DNA of 50,038 nt from Alphaproteobacteria bacterium UBA3307 (GTDB lineage: Bacteria; Pseudomonadota; Alphaproteobacteria; RF32; CAG-239). How positions within the stretch are numbered: position 1 is the first letter of the stretch; each line of letters begins with the position of its first letter. Both the position numbers and the translations under genes were made by a program. The stretch is taken from positions 1 through 50,038 of the forward strand of contig DEST01000090.1 in assembly GCA_002361365.1 (NCBI GenBank). The letters run 5' to 3'. The notes beneath the pieces were generated by a model. That model was not told where the DNA came from and did no database searches. It worked only from the letters and a program-made list of their open reading frames with translations. Shown piece after piece: positions 9,288 to 18,351 of this stretch.

Positions 9288-9713
9288 CTAGAACACCTTA
9301 ACACAGCATACAACAAATACGCCAAGTGCCATTACCTCAAACACCACGGCAAAATACAATGCGGCACGGGCAAACAAATATTGCCGTGCATACCTGAACG
9401 GAATATCTGCAAACCTAACAAGCGCTATTGTCAACAACACGGCAAATACCGCGTGTAACACAGTGTGAGCAAAAACAACCGCCGTATCCAGCCATGCCCA
9501 AACATAGACATCGCTCATTGCCGTCAGAAAAGTTGCCACAATCAGCAAATATGCCGGATAATAGGCATAGTGAGAAAATGTCTGCACTTTAAGCTGTTCG
9601 TAGTACTTGCTGTCGAGAATGCCGTTAAACAACACTAAAGACACGACAGCGAACAATTCCATAATGATAAGAAATGTAACCATAAGAATAAAATTAATAA
9701 ATAGAATTTGCAC
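9288..9713 (-). CDS. Small polytopic membrane protein (about 4 TM), unknown family; start uncertain (GTG 9713, ATG 9683 or ATG 9662)
   Basis: The ORF has four hydrophobic spans. No convincing RBS precedes any of the candidate starts. Confidence 0.55.
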   Translation of the reverse strand: MQILFINFILMVTFLIIMELFAVVSLVLFNGILDSKYYEQLKVQTFSHYAYYPAYLLIVATFLTAMSDVYVWAWLDTAVVFAHTVLHAVFAVLLTIALVRFADIPFRYARQYLFARAALYFAVVFEVMALGVFVVCCVKVF

Positions 9714-9815
9714 AGAATATATATCTTTTAGCAGCTTTTGTCAACAGGGTGTTTATAATTATTTGATATTTGTAATTTTCTTATTATAATAGAGCCAACA
9801 GAAAAGGAGAACCTT

Positions 9816-10277
9816 ATGTTTTCAGAAAAATGGAATTATCGCTTTTTGGAATTAGCTACGCTGATTTCTACTTGGTCAAAAGACCCATCGACCAAAACCG
9901 GAGCTGTTGTTGTGGGGCCGGATAAAGAAATTCGTGCCACCGGATATAACGGATTTGTGCGCGGCGTAACTGATGGCGTTCCGGAACGTTTGGAGCGGCC
10001 TACAAAATATGATTTTTTTGAGCACGCCGAGCGTAATGCCATTTTTAATGCCTGTTTGACCGGAACTTGCCTCAAAGGTTGCACCATTTTTTGCACATTA
10101 ACTCCGTGTACGGATTGCGCACGTGCTATTATTCAGGCCGGAATAAAAGAAGTGGTTACTTATGAATATACGGCCGATGTCAATGACCCTAAAAATACAT
10201 GGCGCGATAAACTGCGCTATTCGGCAGAAATGTTCAAAGAAGCCGGTGTCAACTATATAGAACTACCTAAAAAATAA
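9816..10277 (+). CDS. dCMP (deoxycytidylate) deaminase, ComEB-like
   Basis: Zinc-binding motifs HAERNAI and TLTPCTDCARAIIQAGI (the H-A-E ... P-C-x2-C pattern of CMP/dCMP deaminases). AAGGAGA RBS upstream. Confidence 0.88.
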   Translation: MFSEKWNYRFLELATLISTWSKDPSTKTGAVVVGPDKEIRATGYNGFVRGVTDGVPERLERPTKYDFFEHAERNAIFNACLTGTCLKGCTIFCTLTPCTDCARAIIQAGIKEVVTYEYTADVNDPKNTWRDKLRYSAEMFKEAGVNYIELPKK

Positions 10278-10315
10278 ATTAGAACTATTCTCTCGGACGT
10301 CTTTAAATGTACACA

Positions 10316-10339
10316 ATCGACAATATATAAAGTGTCGAT
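10316..10339 (+). promoter_or_regulatory. Inverted repeat ATCGACA-N10-TGTCGAT upstream of the orphan response regulator (possible operator or weak terminator)
   Basis: Perfect 7-bp arms at 10316-10322 and 10333-10339, in the 92-nt spacer between the dCMP deaminase and the response regulator. No T-run follows. Confidence 0.2.
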
Positions 10340-10369
10340 GAATTTGAATAAACGATAAGGAGATTAGGA

Positions 10370-10996
10370 ATGAAGATTCTGATTGCAGACGACCACGCTC
10401 TGTTTCGCGACGGTTTGGCGTTGCGTTTGGAAGAAATTGTGCCTGACGCTGTTATTTCACAAGCATCAAGTTACGCACAAGTGTTTAAAATTTTGAATGC
10501 CAAATCGGATATTGATGTTTTGATTTTAGATGTTGAAATGCCGGATATGCCGTGGCTTGATAGCTTAAAGCAATTCCGCCAAATTGCGCCGCAAATGAAA
10601 ATTATTGTAATTTCTGCCTCAGAGGATAGCCGCACCATCCGGACTATTCTGGCAACCGGAGTTAAAGGTTATATTCCGAAACGCTCGGAAATTAAGGTAT
10701 TAAACAATGCCTTAAAATTGATTATCGACGGTGGCAGTTATGTTCCGCCGGATTTGCTCGACAATACCTCGCAAAACAATTTAAGCGGACGTTCTATCGG
10801 GGTAAAAACACTCACCAATCGGCAATCACAAGTGTTGGATTTGATAGCTCAAGGCAAATCAAACAAGCAAATTGCGTATGATATGGGAGTTTCCGAATCG
10901 ACCGTAAAACTGCATATCAATGCCTTGTTGCGTTCATTGCACGTCAATAACCGTACACAAGCAGTAATTACGGCGCAAAAAATCGGGCTTATCTAG
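10370..10996 (+). CDS. NarL/FixJ (LuxR-type HTH) response regulator, with no adjacent histidine kinase
   Basis: Receiver domain (MKILIADDHALFRDGL ... DVLILDVEMPDM ... KGYIPK) plus a C-terminal LuxR HTH (LTNRQSQVLDLIAQGKSNKQIAYDMGVSESTVKLHI). Confidence 0.9.
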   Translation: MKILIADDHALFRDGLALRLEEIVPDAVISQASSYAQVFKILNAKSDIDVLILDVEMPDMPWLDSLKQFRQIAPQMKIIVISASEDSRTIRTILATGVKGYIPKRSEIKVLNNALKLIIDGGSYVPPDLLDNTSQNNLSGRSIGVKTLTNRQSQVLDLIAQGKSNKQIAYDMGVSESTVKLHINALLRSLHVNNRTQAVITAQKIGLI

Positions 10997-10998
10997 TT

Positions 10999-12075
10999 TT
11001 ATTTTGCGGTAATGTCCGCATCTTTTTTAGATTTTAACTGTCCGCAAGCTGCTAAAATATCTTGCCCGCGTGCAACTCTTACCGGTGCGGCAAAACCGGC
11101 TTTTTCAAGCTCGTGGGCAAAATTACGCACCCGATTATTCGGGCTCGGTTTAAAAGCACACCCCGGCCACGGATTAAACGGAATCAAATTAAAGCTGGCA
11201 CGCAAACCATATTTTTTCATCAAGTCAATAAGCTCGTGTGCGCATTCCGGCGAATCGTTAATGCCGTCAAGCATTAAATACTCAAATGTAATATAGCGGC
11301 TACCATCAGCAGACTGATATTCACGACACGCCGTAAGCACTTCTTCCAACGGATAGCGATTGTTAATCGGCATAATTTGCGAACGCAACGTATTGTTAGG
11401 CGCATGCAACGATACAGCCAGACGCACGCCGGTTGCATTGAGCGCTCGCACAATATTTGGTGCAATACCTGATGTAGACATTGTAACGCGACGCCGCGAA
11501 ATGGCAATTCCGTCACCATCTGTCAGAATATTTAATGCTTTTATGACATTGTCTATATTATGTAACGGTTCACCCATACCCATCACGACAATATTGGATA
11601 GATAGCGTGTTTCATTGGTCGGACTCGGCCATTCGCCATAAGTATCACGGGCTACCATAAATTGGCTGACAATTTCTCCGGCACTTAAATTGCGAGTAAG
11701 TTTTTGGCTTCCGGTATGACAAAAGCGACATCCCACCGCACACCCAACTTGGGTAGAAATACATACGGCACCGCGGTCTACTTCCGGAATATATACCATT
11801 TCGACTCGTTGTCCGTCAGCAAATTCCAACAACCACTTGCGTGTTTTATCGGAGGATAGTTGTTCTGCTACTATTTTCGGACGCGTTATAGTAAAGTTTT
11901 CTGCCAATTTAGCGCGTAAGACCTTAGAGAGATTAGTCATCTTTTCAAAGTCTGTTTCGCCAAAATAATACAGCCATTGCCATAATTGCTTGGCACGAAA
12001 AGGCTTTTCTCCAATACTGGTCAAAGCCTGCTGTAATTCTTCTTTACTAAGCCCGATAAGTTCTGTTTTTGCCAT
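10999..12075 (-). CDS. rlmN: 23S rRNA/tRNA (adenine-C2)-methyltransferase RlmN (radical SAM)
   Basis: CISTQVGCAVGCRFCHTG is the CxxxCxxC radical-SAM motif. MGMGEPLHN is present and the C-terminal ACGQL matches the conserved RlmN Cys. Confidence 0.93.
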   Translation of the reverse strand: MAKTELIGLSKEELQQALTSIGEKPFRAKQLWQWLYYFGETDFEKMTNLSKVLRAKLAENFTITRPKIVAEQLSSDKTRKWLLEFADGQRVEMVYIPEVDRGAVCISTQVGCAVGCRFCHTGSQKLTRNLSAGEIVSQFMVARDTYGEWPSPTNETRYLSNIVVMGMGEPLHNIDNVIKALNILTDGDGIAISRRRVTMSTSGIAPNIVRALNATGVRLAVSLHAPNNTLRSQIMPINNRYPLEEVLTACREYQSADGSRYITFEYLMLDGINDSPECAHELIDLMKKYGLRASFNLIPFNPWPGCAFKPSPNNRVRNFAHELEKAGFAAPVRVARGQDILAACGQLKSKKDADITAK

Positions 12076-12080
12076 TGTAT

Positions 12081-12587
12081 TTATTTCTTACATTTGGCGG
12101 AAATTGTCTGATAGGCGTTAGAAAAACCTTTAAGTGAATAAGTATCTTTGGTTGCGGTGCCACGGCTGGAACGACCATCAACAATCATCCGGTTGCCGCG
12201 TTTCATCGCCGCTACCAACTTTTGATCCTCGGCAGAGTTAATCATCCAACCTTTATCGCCTTCAGTAAAGGTATTTTTAAACGTCTGATTACCGATTTTG
12301 ACCAACAAAGGAGCTTTTTTCTGGAATGTATATCCGGCCACAAATGTTACCTCATCAAACGCTTTTTCCTTTGGACGATGAGTAACCATTGCATAAATAT
12401 CCCCGCGTTTTTTATATTTGCCCTCATCTTTTTTCGGAGTAGAAGCCATATAGCAAATCACATTGCCGCGGTCGTTATACGTCCAAGCTGTCCAATCCCC
12501 AAATTCACCTAACAATTGTGGTTGTTCAGCCGCCTGTGCCGATGTGGCAAAAAATAATCCGCAGATAACCAAAATATATTTCAACAT
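12081..12587 (-). CDS. Invasion-associated locus B (IalB) family periplasmic protein
   Basis: Signal peptide (ATSAQA-AE), then GDWTAW...VCYMAS and a C-terminal SLKGFSNAY..ISAKC, as in alphaproteobacterial IalB-family proteins. Confidence 0.75.
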   Translation of the reverse strand: MLKYILVICGLFFATSAQAAEQPQLLGEFGDWTAWTYNDRGNVICYMASTPKKDEGKYKKRGDIYAMVTHRPKEKAFDEVTFVAGYTFQKKAPLLVKIGNQTFKNTFTEGDKGWMINSAEDQKLVAAMKRGNRMIVDGRSSRGTATKDTYSLKGFSNAYQTISAKCKK

Positions 12588-12684
12588 TCTTTTTCCCTTT
12601 TTCTAAAAATTTGCTTGGATTATATAAAAAATGTGTATATAAATTATTAAAAATTTATAAAAATGACAAGAGGAATTTTTTACT

Positions 12685-13905
12685 ATGTTCAAATCTGAGT
12701 TTTTGGATATGTCCAAAATTGTGCAATCATGCAAAATAGCTCGTTTATTTGAGGCTGTTGAGAGTCACGGCGGCACAATCAGATTTGTTGGCGGCGCAGT
12801 ACGAGATACATTGGCCGGACTAAGCGGATTTGATTTAGACTTAGCTACAGACCTTTCTCCGGAAGAATTATCCGAAGCGTGTTTAGATAATGGCTTAAAA
12901 ACAATCCCCGTTGGCCTCAAAACGGCAACTGTCGGTGTAATAATTGATGGTAAGGTGCTTGAGGTAGCTTCTCTCAGACGTAGTATACGTACTGAAAACG
13001 GTAAACACAGTTTTGAATTTACTGACGATTGGAGTGCCGATGCCGCACGCCGCGATTTAACAATCAATGCCGTATATGCCGATTTGCGCGGTAATGTTTT
13101 TGATTATTACAATGGTATCAGCGATTTGGAAAAAGGTATTGTCCGTTTTATCGGCAATCCCGAAGACCGCATAAATGAAGACCCGCTTCGAATTATGCGC
13201 TTTTTTCGTTTTTATGCCCAATTTGGCAAAGCGCCGGTTGATGCGGCTTCTTTAAACGCGTGTATTCGGCTCAAAGATTTGCTCAGAAATTTGGCAATTG
13301 AGCGTGTTCGCGACGAGCTGTTCAAAATTTTGATAACCCCAAATGCAGCGGCGGCTATGAAATTGATTTATGAAAACGATATTTTAGCTTATTTTCTGCC
13401 CAGAGCCAAACATTTAGACGCATTGATACGTTTAAGCAAACTGGTAGAAGATGTGCAATATAAAGGCAATTTTTTACGACGTTTGTTTGTACTTTATCAA
13501 CCCAATACGGCACAGGCAGAAAATATGGCAAACTCATTGCGGTTTACCAAAAAACAGAAAGAAACATTCGTCCGTTGGGCTAAAATTGATGTTAAGCCGG
13601 AATATTTAAACACCTCTAAAACTCGTTTGCAATTTATATATCGCTACGGCAAGCAATTTTGTTTGGATAAGGTTTTACTCGGCGCTGCAATCTTTGGATA
13701 TCAAAACATTGATGTGCGTATGATTTTGCGACAAATTGAAGAAGCAATAGTGCCGATATTTCCGCTTATGGGGCGAGATATTTCTGCCAGAGGTATCTAT
13801 AATCCCAAGCAAATCGGTAAAATTATGGAGCGTCTGGAGCAACAATGGATTGATGCGGATTTTACTCTTACTCGTGAAGAGCTGCTGACAGAAATAAAAC
13901 GCTAA
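12685..13905 (+). CDS. cca: CCA-adding tRNA nucleotidyltransferase / poly(A) polymerase family protein
   Basis: RFVGGAVRDTLAG...DLDLAT nucleotidyltransferase motif, RRDLTINA, and the DPLRIMRFFRF motif. Confidence 0.88.
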   Translation: MFKSEFLDMSKIVQSCKIARLFEAVESHGGTIRFVGGAVRDTLAGLSGFDLDLATDLSPEELSEACLDNGLKTIPVGLKTATVGVIIDGKVLEVASLRRSIRTENGKHSFEFTDDWSADAARRDLTINAVYADLRGNVFDYYNGISDLEKGIVRFIGNPEDRINEDPLRIMRFFRFYAQFGKAPVDAASLNACIRLKDLLRNLAIERVRDELFKILITPNAAAAMKLIYENDILAYFLPRAKHLDALIRLSKLVEDVQYKGNFLRRLFVLYQPNTAQAENMANSLRFTKKQKETFVRWAKIDVKPEYLNTSKTRLQFIYRYGKQFCLDKVLLGAAIFGYQNIDVRMILRQIEEAIVPIFPLMGRDISARGIYNPKQIGKIMERLEQQWIDADFTLTREELLTEIKR

Positions 13906-13919
13906 GCGGCAATTTCAGC

Positions 13920-14498
13920 TTAAGACTTTGACAGCTCATACACATAATACACCGCATAGTCGCCTTCAAGCGAAACTTTTTGTAACGGCACCAAATCCTT
14001 AAACGGATAACGGTTTACATAAATTCGCACCGTTTTGCTGATATGACGCTGCAAATAAGGCAAAAGTTTCTGCATAATTGAGGCCAGCTGAAAACATAAA
14101 ATCACATCAACTTCAGCAAAATCCGCTGTAAAAAAATCTTGCCGATAAAAACGCACATTAGGCAAATTACGCGCTCGCAGACGGCTGATAAGATACGGTA
14201 AATACGCACATTCATAGCCGATAAATGTATGGTGCGGATACTTGATAGCCAACGGTAGCAACAACGAACCCCAACCGCTTCCTAAATCAATCACTGTGGC
14301 GTGTGCTTTGCCGGAAATATAGCTTTCAACCCCGGCAAGCATTCCTTTTTTTACGCCACCAACCGTGGGTACCGGCGGAGATGTGCGCATAAAGTGCGAA
14401 ACAAGTAAAAAATAGCTGAAAATTATACTGACCAGCACAATAAAGATAATATCAGCTATCAAAAATATGTAAAACAAATTCCACAAAATTTCTGACAT
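13920..14498 (-). CDS. Class I SAM-dependent methyltransferase with an N-terminal membrane anchor
   Basis: Motif I VIDLGSGWGS and the downstream methyltransferase fold pattern. N-terminal hydrophobic span. Confidence 0.7.
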   Translation of the reverse strand: MSEILWNLFYIFLIADIIFIVLVSIIFSYFLLVSHFMRTSPPVPTVGGVKKGMLAGVESYISGKAHATVIDLGSGWGSLLLPLAIKYPHHTFIGYECAYLPYLISRLRARNLPNVRFYRQDFFTADFAEVDVILCFQLASIMQKLLPYLQRHISKTVRIYVNRYPFKDLVPLQKVSLEGDYAVYYVYELSKS

Positions 14499-14515
14499 TT
14501 ATAAAGATTCTCCGT

Positions 14516-14911
14516 TTATGCTTCTATTATCACCACGGCAAAGGCAAAAGGCATATCATCACTCAGAGTCACAAAAAGATGCGGCGTTTGTGCAAGTTTG
14601 TGCAGGTATTTTTCTGCCATACCACTGATTTTAAGTTCCGGTTTGCCAAGTTCATTATGCAGAATCTGAATATCTTTGAAAAAAATACCATCGCGAAATC
14701 CGGTTCCGAGTGCTTTGACAAAAGCTTCTTTGGCGGCATAATATTTAGCCAACAACTCACGAAAACGAATGTCTTCTGCTGCTTTGTTTCGGCTGATTTC
14801 CGCCTGTTCGTCCGGTCCTAAAATCCGAGCGGCAAAATGCTGCAGATATTCCCGTGTGTTTTGAATTCTTTCAATATTGACAATATCATTACCCAATCCC
14901 AATATCATCAT
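14516..14911 (-). CDS. acpS: Holo-[acyl-carrier-protein] synthase
   Basis: ILGLGNDIVNIERI plus FAAKEAFVKALGTG are AcpS signatures. The start overlaps the stop of the upstream DUF2062 gene (ATGATGA). Confidence 0.9.
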   Translation of the reverse strand: MMILGLGNDIVNIERIQNTREYLQHFAARILGPDEQAEISRNKAAEDIRFRELLAKYYAAKEAFVKALGTGFRDGIFFKDIQILHNELGKPELKISGMAEKYLHKLAQTPHLFVTLSDDMPFAFAVVIIEA

Positions 14912-15432
14912 TTATTCTCCTGTTGTGCTAATCGTTTAGCGCGGCGAGCGGACAATTTTTCCAATGTAATTTTGATGAGTTTAAACGACATTATCCACGA
15001 AATGATATAATACGGAATACACCCAACCATCATCGGAAACACTATCGGCCACACATCACGTCCGAAGTTCTTAAACTCCAGAGTGAACAATGCTTTGCTT
15101 GCCTTTTCAAAGATTTTGATAAAATTTACATTATCAACCGAAGCTATATCTCCCAATAAAAAACGTCCTGTTGAAAGTACGGCAATCCAAATAAACGGAA
15201 AAGTCCACGGATTTCCGACAATAGTTCCCAACGCAGAAGATACTATATTACCCCGAATGAGCCACGCCGTTATTGCCGCCAAAATCAAATGAAAGCCGAT
15301 AAACGGCGTAAACGAAATTGCCACACCGCAGGCGAATCCTGCAGCTATCGAATACGGAGTACCTTTCAGCCGTTTGAGCTGCACCAAAAATTTTTTCATC
15401 CATCGATTATAATATTTTTTCAAGCTTTTCAC
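14908..15432 (-). CDS. DUF2062-family membrane protein
   Basis: LKGTPYSIAAGFACGVAISFTPFIGFH is typical of DUF2062. It sits between spoT and acpS, as in many alphaproteobacteria. Confidence 0.75.
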   Translation of the reverse strand: MKSLKKYYNRWMKKFLVQLKRLKGTPYSIAAGFACGVAISFTPFIGFHLILAAITAWLIRGNIVSSALGTIVGNPWTFPFIWIAVLSTGRFLLGDIASVDNVNFIKIFEKASKALFTLEFKNFGRDVWPIVFPMMVGCIPYYIISWIMSFKLIKITLEKLSARRAKRLAQQENK

Positions 15433-15443
15433 TGTTTGCCTCG

Positions 15444-17585
15444 CTATGTATTAGCACGTGCAACATAGCTGATTAACTTTTCAGCACGCATACTCAAAAT
15501 AAGATTATTCAACTGGTCAACATTTTTTATTTCTATATCAAGCAATATTTCAAAATAGCTTATTGTGCGGTATGTTATATTTAAATTAATAATATTTGCT
15601 CCGGCTTTAGCTACAATATTTGCCACTTCTGCCAATGCTCCCGGCTCGTTACTAAGCATAAGTTTAAGCCGCGCGACGTGCTTTTCCTGCTCAGCCTCAG
15701 GCCCCCAATCAACATCAAGCCAACGTTCGGGTTCTTGGTCATAATTGTGCAAAGACGGACATTCTACAGTGTGAATGGTAACCCCTTTGCCGGTAGTTAC
15801 AATTCCGACAATACGGTCCCCCGGAAGAGGGTGACAGCAACCGGCAAAATGCACAGCCATTCCATCTATCAGACCACGAATTTTGAGCGAATCTTTTTTA
15901 TTTTTTTCCTTTTTGTTAAATACCGGCAATTTGATGGCACTGACAACTTTTTCAAGCTTTGACTGACGATATGCCGGATGCATAATTCGCAACACATCCC
16001 AACCGGTAACTAAGCCTTCTCCGACTTTTGCATACACATCATCCACTGTTTCTGCCTCAAAATTAGAAAGATATTTTACCAATTCTTTTTCGGAAAATTC
16101 TTGGTCTTCCGCTTTAAATAGCTTATCTACAATTTCTTTACCCAATGCAATAAACTGTTCACGTTTATTTGTCCGTACATAGCGTCTGATAGCGGCTTTA
16201 GCTTTTCCGGTTACGACAAATCTATCCCATTCAAGCGACGGATGCTGATTTTTGGCAGTCAGCACTTCTACTTGGTCACCATTTTGTAAAATCGTACGCA
16301 ACGGCTTGATTTCACCGTTTATTTTTGCTCCCACGCAAGTATTGCCTACATTAGAGTGAATGGCGTACGCAAAGTCAACCGGAGTAGAACCCATCGGCAA
16401 ACCGATTAAATCCCCCTTTGGTGTAAAACAAAATACTTGGTCGTTATACATTTCCAGCTTGGTATTTTCCAAAAATTCGTCTGGATTCTGCGCCTGTTCC
16501 AAAATTTCCAATAATTCGCGTACCCAGCGAAAGTTTTTACCATCGGTATGCTGACCTTGTTTATACGCCCAATGTGCGGCCACACCTTTTTCGTTGACCT
16601 CATGCATTTCATAAGTGCGAATCTGAACTTCAATTCTGACATCCAGCGGACCGATGACTCCCGTGTGCAATGACTGATAACCATTTGGTTTCGGCGTTGA
16701 GATATAATCCTTAAAGCGCCGCGGCACCATATGATATTTGCTGTGAATTATACCCAGTGCCTGATAGCAGTCGGCTACGGTATCCACACATATACGAAAT
16801 GCCATTATATCAGACAATTGCTCAAACGATGCATTTTTCAGTTGCATCTTGCGCCAAATCGAATATGGCGATTTTTCACGACCGGTAATGGTGCAATGAA
16901 CACCATTTTCGCTCATATCTGTTTCCAACTGCTTTATAATCTTCGGGACAATATTATTGCCCTGCTCACGCAAAAAGTTAAGACGTGTTACAATAGAATC
17001 GTGGGCATCTTTATACAGTTCGGCAAATGCAATCTCATCCATTTCTTCTTTGATTTCATCCATACCGATACGTTCGGCCAAAGGAGCATAAATATCCAGA
17101 GTTTCTCGTGCAATACGAGCGCGTTTCTCCGGAGCACAAAAATGTAAAGTGCGCATATTATGAAGTCTATCGGCCAATTTTATCAGTAAAACGCGAATAT
17201 CTTCCGACATTGCCAATAACAATTTACGAAAATTCTCAGCCTGCTTGCTTGAACCTGATTTATGTTCCAGCATAGCCAATTTGGTCAGACCATCTACCAA
17301 TTGCGCCACTTGTTCACCAAACAAATCTTTTATTTCTTCAAGTGTAGTATCGGTATCTTCAACCGTATCATGCAACAATGCGGCAATAATTGAGGCCGAA
17401 TCGAGTTTATATTTGGTTAAAATACCGGCAACTTCAATCGGATGAGAGTAGTATGGATCACCAGATGTGCGAATTTGCGAGCCGTGTTTCTTGAGCGCAA
17501 AAACATAGGCACGGTTGAGAGCATCTTCGTCCGCGTATGGATCATAAGATTTTACCAAATCAACCAATTCGTATTGCCGCAACAT
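15444..17585 (-). CDS. spoT: Bifunctional (p)ppGpp synthetase/hydrolase (RelA/SpoT homologue)
   Basis: HD hydrolase domain (HPIEVA...LLHDTVEDT), synthetase domain (SIWRKM...YQSLHT), and TGS and ACT regions. The start is set at ATG 17585, preceded by GGAGAA; the track used a TTG six codons upstream. Confidence 0.93.
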   Translation of the reverse strand: MLRQYELVDLVKSYDPYADEDALNRAYVFALKKHGSQIRTSGDPYYSHPIEVAGILTKYKLDSASIIAALLHDTVEDTDTTLEEIKDLFGEQVAQLVDGLTKLAMLEHKSGSSKQAENFRKLLLAMSEDIRVLLIKLADRLHNMRTLHFCAPEKRARIARETLDIYAPLAERIGMDEIKEEMDEIAFAELYKDAHDSIVTRLNFLREQGNNIVPKIIKQLETDMSENGVHCTITGREKSPYSIWRKMQLKNASFEQLSDIMAFRICVDTVADCYQALGIIHSKYHMVPRRFKDYISTPKPNGYQSLHTGVIGPLDVRIEVQIRTYEMHEVNEKGVAAHWAYKQGQHTDGKNFRWVRELLEILEQAQNPDEFLENTKLEMYNDQVFCFTPKGDLIGLPMGSTPVDFAYAIHSNVGNTCVGAKINGEIKPLRTILQNGDQVEVLTAKNQHPSLEWDRFVVTGKAKAAIRRYVRTNKREQFIALGKEIVDKLFKAEDQEFSEKELVKYLSNFEAETVDDVYAKVGEGLVTGWDVLRIMHPAYRQSKLEKVVSAIKLPVFNKKEKNKKDSLKIRGLIDGMAVHFAGCCHPLPGDRIVGIVTTGKGVTIHTVECPSLHNYDQEPERWLDVDWGPEAEQEKHVARLKLMLSNEPGALAEVANIVAKAGANIINLNITYRTISYFEILLDIEIKNVDQLNNLILSMRAEKLISYVARANT

Positions 17586-17669
17586 ATCATTTTCTCCATA
17601 CAAAAAAGCAAAACACGCCTCTTAAAATAGTATGTTTTGCTTTAATAAAAGTTAATATAATAAATTTTA

Positions 17670-18134
17670 TTAGTCTAAATCATCAGTATCATCAAACGAA
17701 TCGTCGTCAAAATCCGCGCCATCATCAAAATCAATACCTTCATCGGAATCCAGTTCCAAATCATCATCTTCATCTTCGCCGTGGATTTGCATACTGTTGT
17801 TCAAATCTTCATCGCTAATCATATCGCTGGAGAATTGTTCGTCCAAAGCAGCCAGCTCTTTTTCTGCTGAAATAATCTCAACCTCTTCTTCTTCCGGCTC
17901 TTCGACCTCAACAAACTTCTGTTGTCCCATCACCAGTGAGCGTTGTAAATCTTCTATACTGACGCGATTTTCCGATATCTCACGCAAAGCAACCACCGAG
18001 TTCTTATCGTTATCGCGACTCACTTGAATCGGTGAACCGGACGAAATATCTTTTGCTCTTTGAGCGGCAATCAACACCAAATCATAACGATTCGGAATCT
18101 TGTCAATACAATCTTCAACCGTAACTCTAGCCAT
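17670..18134 (-). CDS. rpoZ: DNA-directed RNA polymerase subunit omega with an extended poly-acidic C-terminal tail
   Basis: MARVTVEDCIDKIPNRYDLVLIAAQRAKDI is the canonical omega N-terminus. It lies directly upstream of spoT (conserved rpoZ-spoT linkage). Confidence 0.93.
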   Translation of the reverse strand: MARVTVEDCIDKIPNRYDLVLIAAQRAKDISSGSPIQVSRDNDKNSVVALREISENRVSIEDLQRSLVMGQQKFVEVEEPEEEEVEIISAEKELAALDEQFSSDMISDEDLNNSMQIHGEDEDDDLELDSDEGIDFDDGADFDDDSFDDTDDLD

Positions 18135-18293
18135 TTTTATACCTTTTTAAAAACGTTTACCTCTGCTTGTGGGTTATACATAGAATCTTTTGTAAATGCA
18201 AGTGTTTTTTTCTAAAAAACTTCTATTTTTATGTGTTGGCATCATACAAAACTCACATAAGCATAAATTTGTATTATGAAATCATAATTGCGG

Positions 18294-18322
18294 TTGACAC
18301 AATCATAAAAGATGATTAGCAT
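18294..18322 (+). promoter_or_regulatory. Candidate sigma70 promoter of the CDF transporter gene, with an inverted repeat in the spacer
   Basis: TTGACA (18294-18299), a 17-nt spacer, then TAGCAT (18317-18322), about 30 nt before the ATG. The spacer contains AATCAT-N5-ATGATT (18301-18317), a possible metalloregulator operator. Confidence 0.35.
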
Positions 18323-18351
18323 TTATCGTAGTTTAATAACAAGAGTGAAAT

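Noticed and set aside
7528-9713. A tRNA-associated genomic island or prophage remnant.
   Set aside because: The window contains no integrase, transposase or phage gene, and no recognisable att-like direct repeat. The observation is kept only as a low-interest note about orphan genes.
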